A stretch of DNA of 64,000 nucleotides from Leptospira sp. (GTDB lineage: Bacteria; Spirochaetota; Leptospiria; Leptospirales; Leptospiraceae), in NCBI GenBank assembly GCA_034439575.1, contig JAWXAQ010000030.1:64001-128000 (forward strand), written 5' to 3'. The translations under genes and the position numbers were made by a program. Below are positions 51,364-61,169 of the stretch, piece by piece. The notes under the pieces were generated by a model. The model saw only the letters and a program-made list of their open reading frames with translations, ran no database searches and was not told the DNA's origin. Each line of letters begins with the position of its first letter. Within the stretch, counting starts at the first letter, position 1.

Positions 51364-51405
51364 AAAAATAAAAAAACGTGAGCCCTTACTACAAGTGCCC
51401 ACGTT
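51364..51405 (-). terminator. Intrinsic terminator of SGNH/partner operon
   Basis: Minus strand AACGTGGGCACTTG-ta-GTAAGGGCTCACGTT followed by TTTTATTTTT. Confidence 0.75.
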
Positions 51406-51436
51406 CTATAGCGTTTTGGTTCTTATGTGCTAAAAC

Positions 51437-52114
51437 TTAGCTTTTCGGAACTTGACTTCTTACATCTTCCAAAACAGAAAGTTCTTTTTTCCAGAGAGAA
51501 ATATCTTTCTGTGCATTGATCTTATCATTTGCATTCGGCTGATTATTTTCCATCCAATATTCAACCATCTGAATTCGAGATTGAAGTTCATTGATCTTGA
51601 AATCAAAGTAGGCTCTCTGTTTTTCTGGTGCTGGTTTTTTAGGCTCTGCTCCAGGAGTGGAGCCAACTTCAGCCCATTTATTTTTAGATAAATCTGCGGC
51701 AATGGATGCGTCCATAGCAGTAAAATCATCTAATGTTTGTGCTGCGGCTTTCTCTTCAGCCTCTGTTCGAGTTGGTCTCATTTCCCTTGGAATATAAAAA
51801 TTTTTCGGATATTTAGCCGCAAATTCTCTCCATTCTTCTTTAACCTTTTCTTTACGATCCGGTTTTCTTTCTAAGGCAAATGGCCAAAGAGTTTCCGCCT
51901 GGCCGAGCTCTTCATCTTCAGGAGTTGGAGCATCAGCAAATTCAGGATCATCAAACAAAGACTTGGCGGTCGATCGAATCGATCTATCCTCATCACTTAA
52001 ATTATTGTTCTTTGTTTCTTTTTCTTCTTTGCCACCGCTAAAAAGAAAAAAGGTTACAAAGACTAGAGCCAAAAGCCCTAGTCCTCCAATTATCCATTTG
52101 TTACGATCTGTCAT
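51437..52114 (-). CDS. Single-TM-anchored helical hypothetical protein (partner of SGNH hydrolase)
   Basis: N-terminal anchor WIIGGLGLLALVFVTFFLF; charged helical body; GAGG RBS; 16 bp after upstream gene. Confidence 0.8.
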   Translation of the reverse strand: MTDRNKWIIGGLGLLALVFVTFFLFSGGKEEKETKNNNLSDEDRSIRSTAKSLFDDPEFADAPTPEDEELGQAETLWPFALERKPDRKEKVKEEWREFAAKYPKNFYIPREMRPTRTEAEEKAAAQTLDDFTAMDASIAADLSKNKWAEVGSTPGAEPKKPAPEKQRAYFDFKINELQSRIQMVEYWMENNQPNANDKINAQKDISLWKKELSVLEDVRSQVPKS

Positions 52115-52130
52115 AATTGTTCCTCAAGTC

Positions 52131-53396
52131 TTAAGCAAATATTGATACAACCCAAGAAATTGCCTGACCGAAAATGTTTTCAGTTAGGAATTTTTTAAGA
52201 TCAACTGGATTTCTATTGAGTGAATCATAATACCATGCAGTGTATTCGCTCACTTGCGGAATTGTATATCCATAACGAGAGTTAATTGCTTTAATTAACT
52301 CATTCGCAAATACAGAATGACCAAACATATTTGGGTGCACACCATCTAAACCAAAAACACCTGGTTGGTTAGGAAGTGGCCAATTCGCACGAGCATTACC
52401 TGGTGTGTATCCCGTTGAACTTCTGAGTGGTCTGCCGTTTTCTTTCATGTCATCAAAAATTACTTTCAAATCAGCAACGGCAAATCTCATAGTTGCACCT
52501 TGCGCTTTGATTTCATTGTTAAGCATAGTTAGGAAATTTGAAATCGTTGCGATTTCGGTCGCATCTAAAACTTGGTTCGGATCAGAAACGGATCCTCTAT
52601 AAAAAGCTTTAAGTCCAGAATAATTGGCACGACCATTTGGATCAGTGTATCTTTCTAAAAATGCGATAGCCGTTACGTTAGGAATCGTAAATAGAACTCC
52701 ACCTTTCAGTGAACCCATAACAGACATTCTGCGGAAAAATTCACGAATATCTCTTTTGTATCTTGCTTCATCTAAACAATCCAATGATGTATGAAGAGCA
52801 GTACAAAGAACATGGTTTGCACCCGCTGTTCCAAATAGGAAAGTTGGTTTCACTTTTTCCATGATTTGTGTTTGGGTTCCAGCATCACGAAGTCCGAATT
52901 GGTGGAATTTGTCTGGTTCTTTGCAATCTTGAACAGTTACCCAACGGTAAGTGTAATGATACCAAGTTCTCCAATACCAATCTTTCTCTTGTTTGGTGGC
53001 AGTGATGTCTTCACATTTTCCGGATGTGCGAAGTAAAGTCGTATATTCAGCGCCAGTAATACCAGCATGCGAAGGCAGAGAAACGGTAGCTTCATTTCCC
53101 CCGATAATTGATGAGGCAATACAGAAAACACCGCAATCCCATTTCAAAACATCTTCTAAGTTTACATAAGGGCCTTTTAATACATTATAAGAAACCGAAG
53201 CGCCTGCTTGTTTCGATACGAGGACAGGATAGGCCCAATCTTGGGTCTTTTTTTCGACAGTAACACCGAAAAATCCATGACTAAGGGAATCCCCAACTAC
53301 ACCCACTTTTTGGAACATTTCTGCTTTGGTTTGTGACCAAACCGGCATGGTTGAAATTAGGGCGAAAAAACTCCCTATTGCGATGATTTTCTTCAT
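52131..53396 (-). CDS. Secreted SGNH/GDSL-type hydrolase
   Basis: GDSL block I, GAN block III, DGVHP block V; signal peptide from ATG 53396 with GGAGGA RBS. Confidence 0.85.
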   Translation of the reverse strand: MKKIIAIGSFFALISTMPVWSQTKAEMFQKVGVVGDSLSHGFFGVTVEKKTQDWAYPVLVSKQAGASVSYNVLKGPYVNLEDVLKWDCGVFCIASSIIGGNEATVSLPSHAGITGAEYTTLLRTSGKCEDITATKQEKDWYWRTWYHYTYRWVTVQDCKEPDKFHQFGLRDAGTQTQIMEKVKPTFLFGTAGANHVLCTALHTSLDCLDEARYKRDIREFFRRMSVMGSLKGGVLFTIPNVTAIAFLERYTDPNGRANYSGLKAFYRGSVSDPNQVLDATEIATISNFLTMLNNEIKAQGATMRFAVADLKVIFDDMKENGRPLRSSTGYTPGNARANWPLPNQPGVFGLDGVHPNMFGHSVFANELIKAINSRYGYTIPQVSEYTAWYYDSLNRNPVDLKKFLTENIFGQAISWVVSIFA

Positions 53397-53631
53397 TTTA
53401 TCCTCCGAACGAAACATATTTAACACATTTACGCCATTTGTATCATTTCTATGCTTTTTTGAACCAGTGTCAAGATTTTTGGCAAAAAATTTCCAAAAAA
53501 ATAGCCCATTATGTCCAATTTTTGTTCCCTAAATCTTCGATTCCAGTCCTCTCGTTGATTAGGAACTATGGATAAGGTTTGCCAAATTAGGGAAATCCTA
53601 AGAATCTCTTAACATAGTAAAGGCGGGCCAA

Positions 53632-54114
53632 TTGTTATCTAAAACCATATTCGCATTTCTTATCTTAACGTTTTCCCTAAATATAACTTCTGTATATGCA
53701 GAGTCCAAAAAGAAAAAAACGGAACCTTCTGGAAATCAAGAATTGCTCTTGGAGACTCTTGGCACAGTTTCTGTCCAAGGTTTATATCTCAGTTATATGG
53801 CGATGGGAAGTTTATCTGATGGATTTGTGGTCCAAAGTTATGATACAGAAACAACAAAAATCGTAATGACCACTTATATAAATCTTGCGAGCACTTGCAA
53901 AGACCAGTTAAGCAAACTTACATTAGATGGAAACCTAAGTAAAGAAGATAAAAAGATATTAAAGGAAATAGAAGTTTCCTATGGGTATCTTATCGCACAA
54001 GGGAATGCCTTGTTAAATTATATCCAATCTGGTAGCGAAGAAGAACTCACAAAATTTGAATTCAATAGGAAACAAGCAGGAAACAAAATTGATCAATTAA
54101 TCAATGCTAAATGA
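53632..54114 (+). CDS. Hypothetical secreted helical protein
   Basis: Signal peptide ending VYA; 160-aa ORF. Confidence 0.75.
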   Translation: MLSKTIFAFLILTFSLNITSVYAESKKKKTEPSGNQELLLETLGTVSVQGLYLSYMAMGSLSDGFVVQSYDTETTKIVMTTYINLASTCKDQLSKLTLDGNLSKEDKKILKEIEVSYGYLIAQGNALLNYIQSGSEEELTKFEFNRKQAGNKIDQLINAK

Positions 54115-54134
54115 TTGGCGAACATAGTTTAATT

Positions 54135-55220
54135 TTATGATTTGGGAGAAACTATTTTTCGTAAATCCTTCCAAATTTTTAAAAATATCAGAGTCCATAT
54201 AAACATCATAATGGAAAAAAATAAACTCGCAAGATTTGGATTTTGTAAGGCGGTCGAAAGAATGGAAACTATTTCTTTTCTAAGGAGAATGAAATGAGTA
54301 GTTCGTGTTATAATGCCATAGATTAAAAATAAAGAGAGCGCATACTGACTGAGATCTAGAAATAAAAATTTCCAAAGTTGATTCAATAGATTTAGACTAT
54401 CAACTTTAGAACAGGATTGAAAAAATAAATACATGAGTTCTATGACGCAAGTCGTCAAAAAAACAAAAGTCAAATTCCAATTTGTTTTATTGGGAGGAAA
54501 TTCAAGATATAATACGAATCCGACTGCTAAGTAAAAAATGAATTTCCAAATGATTCTATAAATAGAATTTTTTTGACTCTCTTGGTAGGCAGCAAAAGCG
54601 CCTAAACTAACAGATAACAAAGCTGAAATAGAAGTAATGAAACCTTCTGGATCATAAAATTTTGTTTCATTCCATAAATGTTCACCAAACAAAAACCTAT
54701 CCAATTTGGCACCGATCGTATCTTTTATCGGAATTGGTATAAAACTAAAATGGGAAAAAGCATAATTCCAATGTACATTGATAATTGATATTAAAATCGA
54801 AATGCTTATGATCCAATAGAATGTTTTTTTTACACCAAAGTATTTTAAACTCATGGCAAAAATAAAATAACAAAAGCCGATTCTCTGCAAAACTCCCGGT
54901 ATCCGGAAATGTTCAAAATCAAACTTGGGAAATAAAGAAAGAAAAATCCCGAGGCCAATCAGTATGAAAGATCGATAGAATATTTTTAATGTGTAATTAT
55001 TGTTAGTTTGAATTTGATTTTTTTGGAATGATAAAAGAATACTATATCCGACTACCCATAAAAAAATGGGAAATACAATGTCTGCAACTGTGATACCATC
55101 CCACTTCGCATGTTTAAGTGGTGAATACATATTTCCCCAAGAGCCAGGGAGATTGACTAGTATCATCAAGAATACAGCTAAACCTCGCAAATGATCTAAA
55201 GCTGAGTTTCTAATTGACAT
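54135..55220 (-). CDS. HGSNAT/NagX-like membrane acyltransferase
   Basis: LDHLRGLAVFLMILVN, HAKWDG...DIVFPIF, PGVLQRIG, DPEG. Confidence 0.88.
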   Translation of the reverse strand: MSIRNSALDHLRGLAVFLMILVNLPGSWGNMYSPLKHAKWDGITVADIVFPIFLWVVGYSILLSFQKNQIQTNNNYTLKIFYRSFILIGLGIFLSLFPKFDFEHFRIPGVLQRIGFCYFIFAMSLKYFGVKKTFYWIISISILISIINVHWNYAFSHFSFIPIPIKDTIGAKLDRFLFGEHLWNETKFYDPEGFITSISALLSVSLGAFAAYQESQKNSIYRIIWKFIFYLAVGFVLYLEFPPNKTNWNLTFVFLTTCVIELMYLFFQSCSKVDSLNLLNQLWKFLFLDLSQYALSLFLIYGIITRTTHFILLRKEIVSILSTALQNPNLASLFFSIMMFIWTLIFLKIWKDLRKIVSPKS

Positions 55221-55225
55221 CTAAC

Positions 55226-56107
55226 CTAAATAAAACGACCATGTAGATCGAAATTGTTCAATAAAAACAAAAGTGTTGTTTCTTCACTTTCGTCGATCAA
55301 GGCTCCGTTTCCTTTTATATAAGATACAATATCAGAACGGTCTTCGGCTTTGACTTTTACTAGTTCGCGTAACATTTGTGAGAGTCTGTTTCCATTTCTA
55401 TCTCTGGGAGGTAAATGCTTTTCATTTTCAATCACAAATTCTGATTTGATCTTATTGCAAAAGTTATCCCAAACTTGCACAGAATCCAATATTAGTTTCA
55501 ATTGATTTCTTTTTACCAATTCGGTTTCATCACCATCTTTTGCACCTGATACCATCATCATTTGCAAATAATAATAGAGAGTCGGGCTATTGAGAAGAAT
55601 TTTACGAATTTCATTTTCACGTAGATTGGAAAAAATTCCAAGCAAGGCATTCATAGTCATAGAATTTTGTTCTAAGAGATCAAAATAAGCTTCCCATGTT
55701 TGTGGATCTAAATTTGCAAGTAGGTGAATTTTTAAGGTAGGATCTTTATCCATTTGTTCTGCCAAAGATAAAACGCGCAAACTTTGTTCAGAATTTAGCA
55801 TATTTTTAATATCTCTAAAATAGGCTGTAGAGTCAAAATTCCCAGACATGAATTGTTTACCAAAACCGAAGTAGATAAATTTCAAAATCAGATCTGCTGA
55901 GAATTTAGGGGAATTGAAAAGTGAAATGGTTTTTTCTTCGCTTCGACAAAGCCAAAGGTATTCAAAAACTAAATCAGCAAATCCATCATCTGACTCCATT
56001 TGAGCCACCCATTCGATGATGGAATCATTTTCATACAAATGCTCAAATAGATTGAGTAGTTCGTTTGGTGATGCATGTTTCCAGAAGTCTGATTCTTTCC
56101 AACGCAT
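55226..56107 (-). CDS. Hypothetical helical protein
   Basis: 293-aa ORF, 5 bp upstream of the acyltransferase. Confidence 0.75.
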   Translation of the reverse strand: MRWKESDFWKHASPNELLNLFEHLYENDSIIEWVAQMESDDGFADLVFEYLWLCRSEEKTISLFNSPKFSADLILKFIYFGFGKQFMSGNFDSTAYFRDIKNMLNSEQSLRVLSLAEQMDKDPTLKIHLLANLDPQTWEAYFDLLEQNSMTMNALLGIFSNLRENEIRKILLNSPTLYYYLQMMMVSGAKDGDETELVKRNQLKLILDSVQVWDNFCNKIKSEFVIENEKHLPPRDRNGNRLSQMLRELVKVKAEDRSDIVSYIKGNGALIDESEETTLLFLLNNFDLHGRFI

Positions 56108-56199
56108 ACCATAAAAGTAGAACTTTTCTAAGAAAGAGTCAAGCGATAAGAAGGAAAGAAAATATTAAATGCGAATATTAGTTCATTTTTATAAATGAA

Positions 56200-56592
56200 T
56201 TAATTCTCTTCTATCCAAACAGCATGTACAGTATCAAAGTATTCTTTAACGTTTTTAATCTTTCCCTCTTGAAGGGTAAATAAAAAATGATAATGATTAT
56301 TATATGATTTACCATTCGATTTACGTTTTGCATGCGATTCGGCAATCACACTCACTCGGTTTTCTTCTGATGTCATTTCACCTAACGTAAATTTAAACCC
56401 ATCAAAAGCACGGAAAATCATTTTTAAGCCCATACTGATTTTTCGTTTATCATAATTTCCTGATACAGGAATATTTCCGAGTATCCACCAATCTAAATCT
56501 TCGGCGAATAATTCAAAGGCTTCGCTCATCTTCTGCTCGTTTAAATAACCAAAAAACTTACCTATTAACTCTTTGTTTGTATTTGTATTCAT
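56200..56592 (-). CDS. SnoaL/NTF2-like protein
   Basis: YNNHYHFLF...GKIKNVKEYFDT; AGAGGA RBS. Confidence 0.88.
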   Translation of the reverse strand: MNTNTNKELIGKFFGYLNEQKMSEAFELFAEDLDWWILGNIPVSGNYDKRKISMGLKMIFRAFDGFKFTLGEMTSEENRVSVIAESHAKRKSNGKSYNNHYHFLFTLQEGKIKNVKEYFDTVHAVWIEEN

Positions 56593-56605
56593 CGATATCC
56601 TCTTT

Positions 56606-57166
56606 TTATTTTTTTCTTAACACACAAACTTTCATTTGCTCTTTCATTCTATCTATGACTTTACGATCTTTCGTTAAAGAATATAAACGTAGTCCACCTA
56701 GATACAACATATACAATTCTAAACTTAAGGATTTTAATGGATCTGATTTTAAGTCCGATTTGAATCTATTAATGCAAGTTTCTATGGTTTCTAAAACATG
56801 CTGTACTGCTTTGTTTCGATACATATCAAATTGGGGAAGATGGGAAACTTCACCAGAAAAAAGTGCAATAGGACAATCCTTTCTGGATGAGTTTCTTTGG
56901 TTTCTAAGTACAAAATTTACCCATTTTTCAATGAAATCATCCAAACTATTCGCCTTGTCCAATACCTTCAGCATAACAATGCCTTGTTGGATAGACAAAT
57001 AATCCAAATATTCAAAACCAATATGATCTTTTGATTCAAAGTGATCATATAGTGTTTTTTTGTAGGCACCTGCTTTTTCTAAAATTTCAGAAATCCCAGT
57101 CGCTTGGTATCCCTTTTCTCTGAACAGGGTGAAAGAACTTTCCAATATTTTGTCTTTTGGCTTCAT
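56606..57166 (-). CDS. TetR family regulator (NemR/ComR-like)
   Basis: LFREKGYQATGISEIL...KTLYDHFESK; DCPI motif; start at ATG 57166. Confidence 0.9.
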   Translation of the reverse strand: MKPKDKILESSFTLFREKGYQATGISEILEKAGAYKKTLYDHFESKDHIGFEYLDYLSIQQGIVMLKVLDKANSLDDFIEKWVNFVLRNQRNSSRKDCPIALFSGEVSHLPQFDMYRNKAVQHVLETIETCINRFKSDLKSDPLKSLSLELYMLYLGGLRLYSLTKDRKVIDRMKEQMKVCVLRKK

Positions 57167-57173
57167 ATTTTTT

Positions 57174-57226
57174 GTAGACCGATCAGTACACTTTTGCAAT
57201 ACCAGTTATTAGACCGATCGTTTCAC
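57174..57226. promoter_or_regulatory. Two TetR operators TAGACCGATC(A/G)
   Basis: GTAGACCGATCAGTAC (57174-57189) and TAGACCGATCGTTTCA (57210-57225) between divergent TetR and hydrolase; resembles TAGACC-N4-GGTCTA. Confidence 0.7.
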
Positions 57227-57276
57227 TATTTCGGATTTAAAAATCCAGTAGGACAAATTTTCACGGGAGAAAAAAA

Positions 57277-58224
57277 ATGTCTAACACATCTTTTCAAATC
57301 AAAGCGAGAGATGGATATCTTCTCACTTGCACATATTTCGAAGCTTCAAATTCGAAGGCTCAAATTGAACAAGTAATTATGATATATCCAGCAGTGGGTG
57401 TCAAACGTGGATTTTATGGACCACTGGCAAAATATTTATCCCAATCAGGATTTCACGTTTATACTATTGATTATCGTGGAATGGGAGATTCAGGCGATCC
57501 AAAATTAGTAAATGATGGGATGTATACTTGGGCCACTTTAGACATGAATGCATTGCAAATGTATGTAAGCGAAAAACATAAAAAAGCAGATTATCATATC
57601 ATTGGGCATAGTGGAGGTGGCTGGTTACTTGGATTTATAAAACCTCTGGCAAATTTAAAAAGCTTAACATTCTTAAATGTTGGTGATGGATATTTCAACT
57701 CTTTCCCTTTTCCTAAAAATTTACAAATTTATTTATCTTGGAAATTTTTAATCCCATATGCGATTAAAAAACATGGAGTATTGCCAACTAGCAAAAGTTA
57801 TTATGGAACTACTTTGCCGAAAAATATAGCCTTGGATTGGGCCACATACGGATTAAAAAAAGATTTTATCGAAGACTTCTCATTGAACCCTCGCGGTGCC
57901 TATCTCTCTGCTTATATGATTCCGAAACTAGCAATTAGTTTTTCTGATGATGAGGTTTTGGGAATTAAATCTATCAAATCCATATTAAAAAAACTAGACG
58001 CCAATGATTTAACACATGTTCATGTTCAACCTAAAGAAATTGGTGAAAAAGAAATGGGACACTTCGGATTTTTGAAACCAGGGCAAAGAAAAAATTTATG
58101 GCCAAGACTTGTAGAATGGATTCAAACGGGAAAGTTTCCCCAAGTCAAAATTGAAACAACTGCTAATTTAGAAATGAAATCCGTTAGAACAAAAATTCTG
58201 AAAGAAAGAACACAAATTAATTAA
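57277..58224 (+). CDS. Alpha/beta-fold hydrolase
   Basis: DYRGMGDS, GHSGGG nucleophile elbow, DDE, MGHFGF. Confidence 0.9.
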   Translation: MSNTSFQIKARDGYLLTCTYFEASNSKAQIEQVIMIYPAVGVKRGFYGPLAKYLSQSGFHVYTIDYRGMGDSGDPKLVNDGMYTWATLDMNALQMYVSEKHKKADYHIIGHSGGGWLLGFIKPLANLKSLTFLNVGDGYFNSFPFPKNLQIYLSWKFLIPYAIKKHGVLPTSKSYYGTTLPKNIALDWATYGLKKDFIEDFSLNPRGAYLSAYMIPKLAISFSDDEVLGIKSIKSILKKLDANDLTHVHVQPKEIGEKEMGHFGFLKPGQRKNLWPRLVEWIQTGKFPQVKIETTANLEMKSVRTKILKERTQIN

Positions 58225-58241
58225 TTTCCCAGTATATTGAT

Positions 58242-58282
58242 TGGGACTAGGAAATTCAAATTTTTCTAGTCCCATTTTTTTA
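58242..58282 (+). terminator. Intrinsic terminator
   Basis: TGGGACTAG...CTAGTCCCA followed by TTTTTTT. Confidence 0.85.
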
Positions 58283-58466
58283 TTTAAGGTAGTTCTTTAA
58301 ACTACTAGAATAATAGATTAATTGGAATTTTAAACCATTGATTAGTAGTCTCATAGACATCATTTCATCTATTTGTAAAAAATTGTTCACTCAATCCTAA
58401 TTATTTGTAATTTAGCATTTGCCAAACTATGACTCAGATTTCAAAGTACGATTGGGAGATTCCATA

Positions 58467-60008
58467 TTGAAATCATTATTCCTTAAATACTATCCTTTTC
58501 TCCTTGTTATTTTTCCATGTTTACTTGCAGAACTGCTTGGAGCATTAACCGTATTTTCAGGCAAATATTTGATTGCCGAATATCTTCTTCGTTTGCCAGA
58601 ACGAAGTATGGAAATGAGCAGGTTAGAAATTTCGCTCATTATTATATTGGAAATTACCTATGTAACTAGCAGCCTACTTTTTCTATTACCCATATTTAAA
58701 GTTTATAAAAATTTAAATACCACAGATACAGATTTGTTATTAAAAGCAAAAACTAGAATCTATAATTTCCCTGCCTTTTTAATCATTTCTGTTTGGATAT
58801 TGAATGTATTGGAACATTGTCTTTTCCTTTTTCTAAAACCAGAATTTGTTAAAACGATACCATTTAGTTTTATCGCTTTGGTTTCAACAATCGTTACTGC
58901 AGTGATCATTTATTATTCATGTGAATTTTTAAATCGTTTTGTATTAATTCCCCATTGGTTTCCCGATGGGAAGATAAAAGTAAAATGGAAAATTCATGTG
59001 CCTTCCCTATTCCTGCGTTTTGGTGATACATTTCTCGTGAGTGGTATATTGCCAATTATTGCCATTTTAGGCATTCTTCTTTTGACTTTGTCGACAGGTG
59101 TCCATGATGAAAAAGAACTAGAAAGAATATTTTATGTTTGTTTGGTTGTGGGTGGTATTTTTTGGACATTAGGTGGACTATTAACCTTTCTAAACAGCAA
59201 AACTTTTTTATCACCTATTGCCTCTATGCAATCTGCATTAACTGAATTTTCTGAAGGAAAATTTGCAACTCGCATCATCGTTCATAGTGATGATGCCTTA
59301 GGTGTTTTGGAAGCCGCCGTAAATCAAATGGGCGAAGAGTTAGAAGAAAAAGAAATTATAAAAACCATTTTTGGACATTATGTATCCCCTGCAGTTCGGG
59401 ATCTAATACTTGGTGGAAAAGTAAATACCGATGGAGATCGCATTGAGGCTGTTATTTTATTTACTGATATTCGTTCTTTCACAGCTTTATCAGAAAATCA
59501 CGCACCGGAAAGAATTGTAAAATTATTAAATATTCACTTCACTCGTATTGTTGATATTGTTAGTCGCAATGATGGCTTTGTGGATAAATTTATTGGTGAC
59601 GCCGTAATGGCAGTGTTTGATGAAGAACTAACACGTGGACATCATAGGCTATCAGCACTACGAGCAGCGGCTGGTATATTAAAAGAATTGGAAGATACGA
59701 ATACAGAAATTGCAGAGCTTGGTTTCGCACCGATTAAAATTGGCATTGGTATGGCAGCAGGACCAGTAATACGCGGGAACATAGGTTCTGAGAATCGACG
59801 TGAGATGACGGTGATTGGTGATACAGTCAACTTAGCCAGCCGATTAGAATCAGCGACAAAAGAATTCGGTAGTCCCATCCTTATGACAGAATCTTCTTTT
59901 GATACGGCCTGTGCCGATTTTAAATTGATAAAAAAAATATCTGAAGAGGCACTTAGCATTCGCGGGAAGTCTAATTTAGTAAGAGTATTCGCATTGGATC
60001 TTGCATAA
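58467..60008 (+). CDS. Membrane class III adenylate cyclase with HAMP domain
   Basis: 6 TM, HAMP, FTDIRSF, DKFIGDA, TVIGDTVNLASRLE; TTG 58467 has a GGAGA RBS (ORF open from 58419). Confidence 0.92.
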   Translation: MKSLFLKYYPFLLVIFPCLLAELLGALTVFSGKYLIAEYLLRLPERSMEMSRLEISLIIILEITYVTSSLLFLLPIFKVYKNLNTTDTDLLLKAKTRIYNFPAFLIISVWILNVLEHCLFLFLKPEFVKTIPFSFIALVSTIVTAVIIYYSCEFLNRFVLIPHWFPDGKIKVKWKIHVPSLFLRFGDTFLVSGILPIIAILGILLLTLSTGVHDEKELERIFYVCLVVGGIFWTLGGLLTFLNSKTFLSPIASMQSALTEFSEGKFATRIIVHSDDALGVLEAAVNQMGEELEEKEIIKTIFGHYVSPAVRDLILGGKVNTDGDRIEAVILFTDIRSFTALSENHAPERIVKLLNIHFTRIVDIVSRNDGFVDKFIGDAVMAVFDEELTRGHHRLSALRAAAGILKELEDTNTEIAELGFAPIKIGIGMAAGPVIRGNIGSENRREMTVIGDTVNLASRLESATKEFGSPILMTESSFDTACADFKLIKKISEEALSIRGKSNLVRVFALDLA

Positions 60009-60026
60009 GCGCATGAGCAAATAAGA

Positions 60027-61169
60027 ATGAAAATTTCTAGAAAAAAATTGATTTTAAATTCTCTCATTGGTGCTCTTGGCATTGGCGTTTCCTCATTTAT
60101 CGCAAAATTATTTTTATCAAATCAACGAGAGAGTACTAAAATCATGAATCCATCTTCTATTAAAAGTATTGTCCAAATGGGTTTCCAATGGCAAACTGCA
60201 GATCCATTTTTATTTTGTGTGCATCATGAAGATTTTTACCCCAAAGGAAATGCGATCATGGGCCCGAATTCTCCCCTTTCTGGTAGAAATATTGGCCAAG
60301 ACTTTACTGTAAAAGATGGCTTTCGAATGTATCATGGAGAAAAAATTCCAGGTTTCCCAAGTCATCCGCATAGGGGATTCGAAACCGTAACAGTTGTTCG
60401 TTCAGGTGTAGTTGATCATTCGGACTCAATGGGTGCAGTGGGAAGATATTCAAATGGTGATGTGCAATGGATGACAGCTGGATCAGGCGTTCAACATTCA
60501 GAAATGTTTCCTTTGTTAAGTGAAGAAAAAGAGAATACTTTGGAATTATTTCAAATATGGTTAAATTTACCCAAAAAAAATAAAATGGTGAATCCTCATT
60601 TTACTATGTTATGGAATGAATCTATCCCCAAATTAGAATTTAAAGATAAAAATCAAAAATCCACCTTTATCGAGTTAATTGCTGGTAAAATTGGAGATAC
60701 TAGTCCACCTCTTCCCCCACCTGATTCTTGGGCAGCAGATCCCGAAAACTCTGTGCAAATTTGGATTATTAAAATGCAAGCAGGTGCTAGTTGGAAATTG
60801 CCTGCACATCAAGCGGATCTGAATCGAAATCTTTATTTCTACAGAGGAACCAATTTGCAAATTGAAGGCCAAAGTATTCCAGAATATCATAAAACCGAAT
60901 TAGAATCCCATCATGAGATTAGTTTATTTAACGCTAGTTTGGAGGAAATACAATTACTATTATTAGAAGCACGTCCCATCAAAGAACCAGTGGTTCAGTA
61001 CGGACCATTTGTTATGAACACTCGGCAAGAAATTGAAGAAACTTTTGCAGACTTTCAAAGAACACAGTTTGGTGGTTGGCCGTGGAAATCTTCTGAGCCT
61101 GTTCATGATCGGAAACAAGGTCGTTTTGCAAAACACGCGAATGGCAAGGAAGAATTTCCTTCCGCTTAG
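60027..61169 (+). CDS. Pirin family protein
   Basis: GFPSHPHRGFETVT, HSDS, QWMTAGSGVQHSE, QIWLNLP, YGPFVMNT; alternative start 60144. Confidence 0.93.
   Translation: MKISRKKLILNSLIGALGIGVSSFIAKLFLSNQRESTKIMNPSSIKSIVQMGFQWQTADPFLFCVHHEDFYPKGNAIMGPNSPLSGRNIGQDFTVKDGFRMYHGEKIPGFPSHPHRGFETVTVVRSGVVDHSDSMGAVGRYSNGDVQWMTAGSGVQHSEMFPLLSEEKENTLELFQIWLNLPKKNKMVNPHFTMLWNESIPKLEFKDKNQKSTFIELIAGKIGDTSPPLPPPDSWAADPENSVQIWIIKMQAGASWKLPAHQADLNRNLYFYRGTNLQIEGQSIPEYHKTELESHHEISLFNASLEEIQLLLLEARPIKEPVVQYGPFVMNTRQEIEETFADFQRTQFGGWPWKSSEPVHDRKQGRFAKHANGKEEFPSA

Noticed and set aside
56577-57002. 141-aa plus-strand ORF
   Set aside because: Almost entirely antisense to the TetR gene
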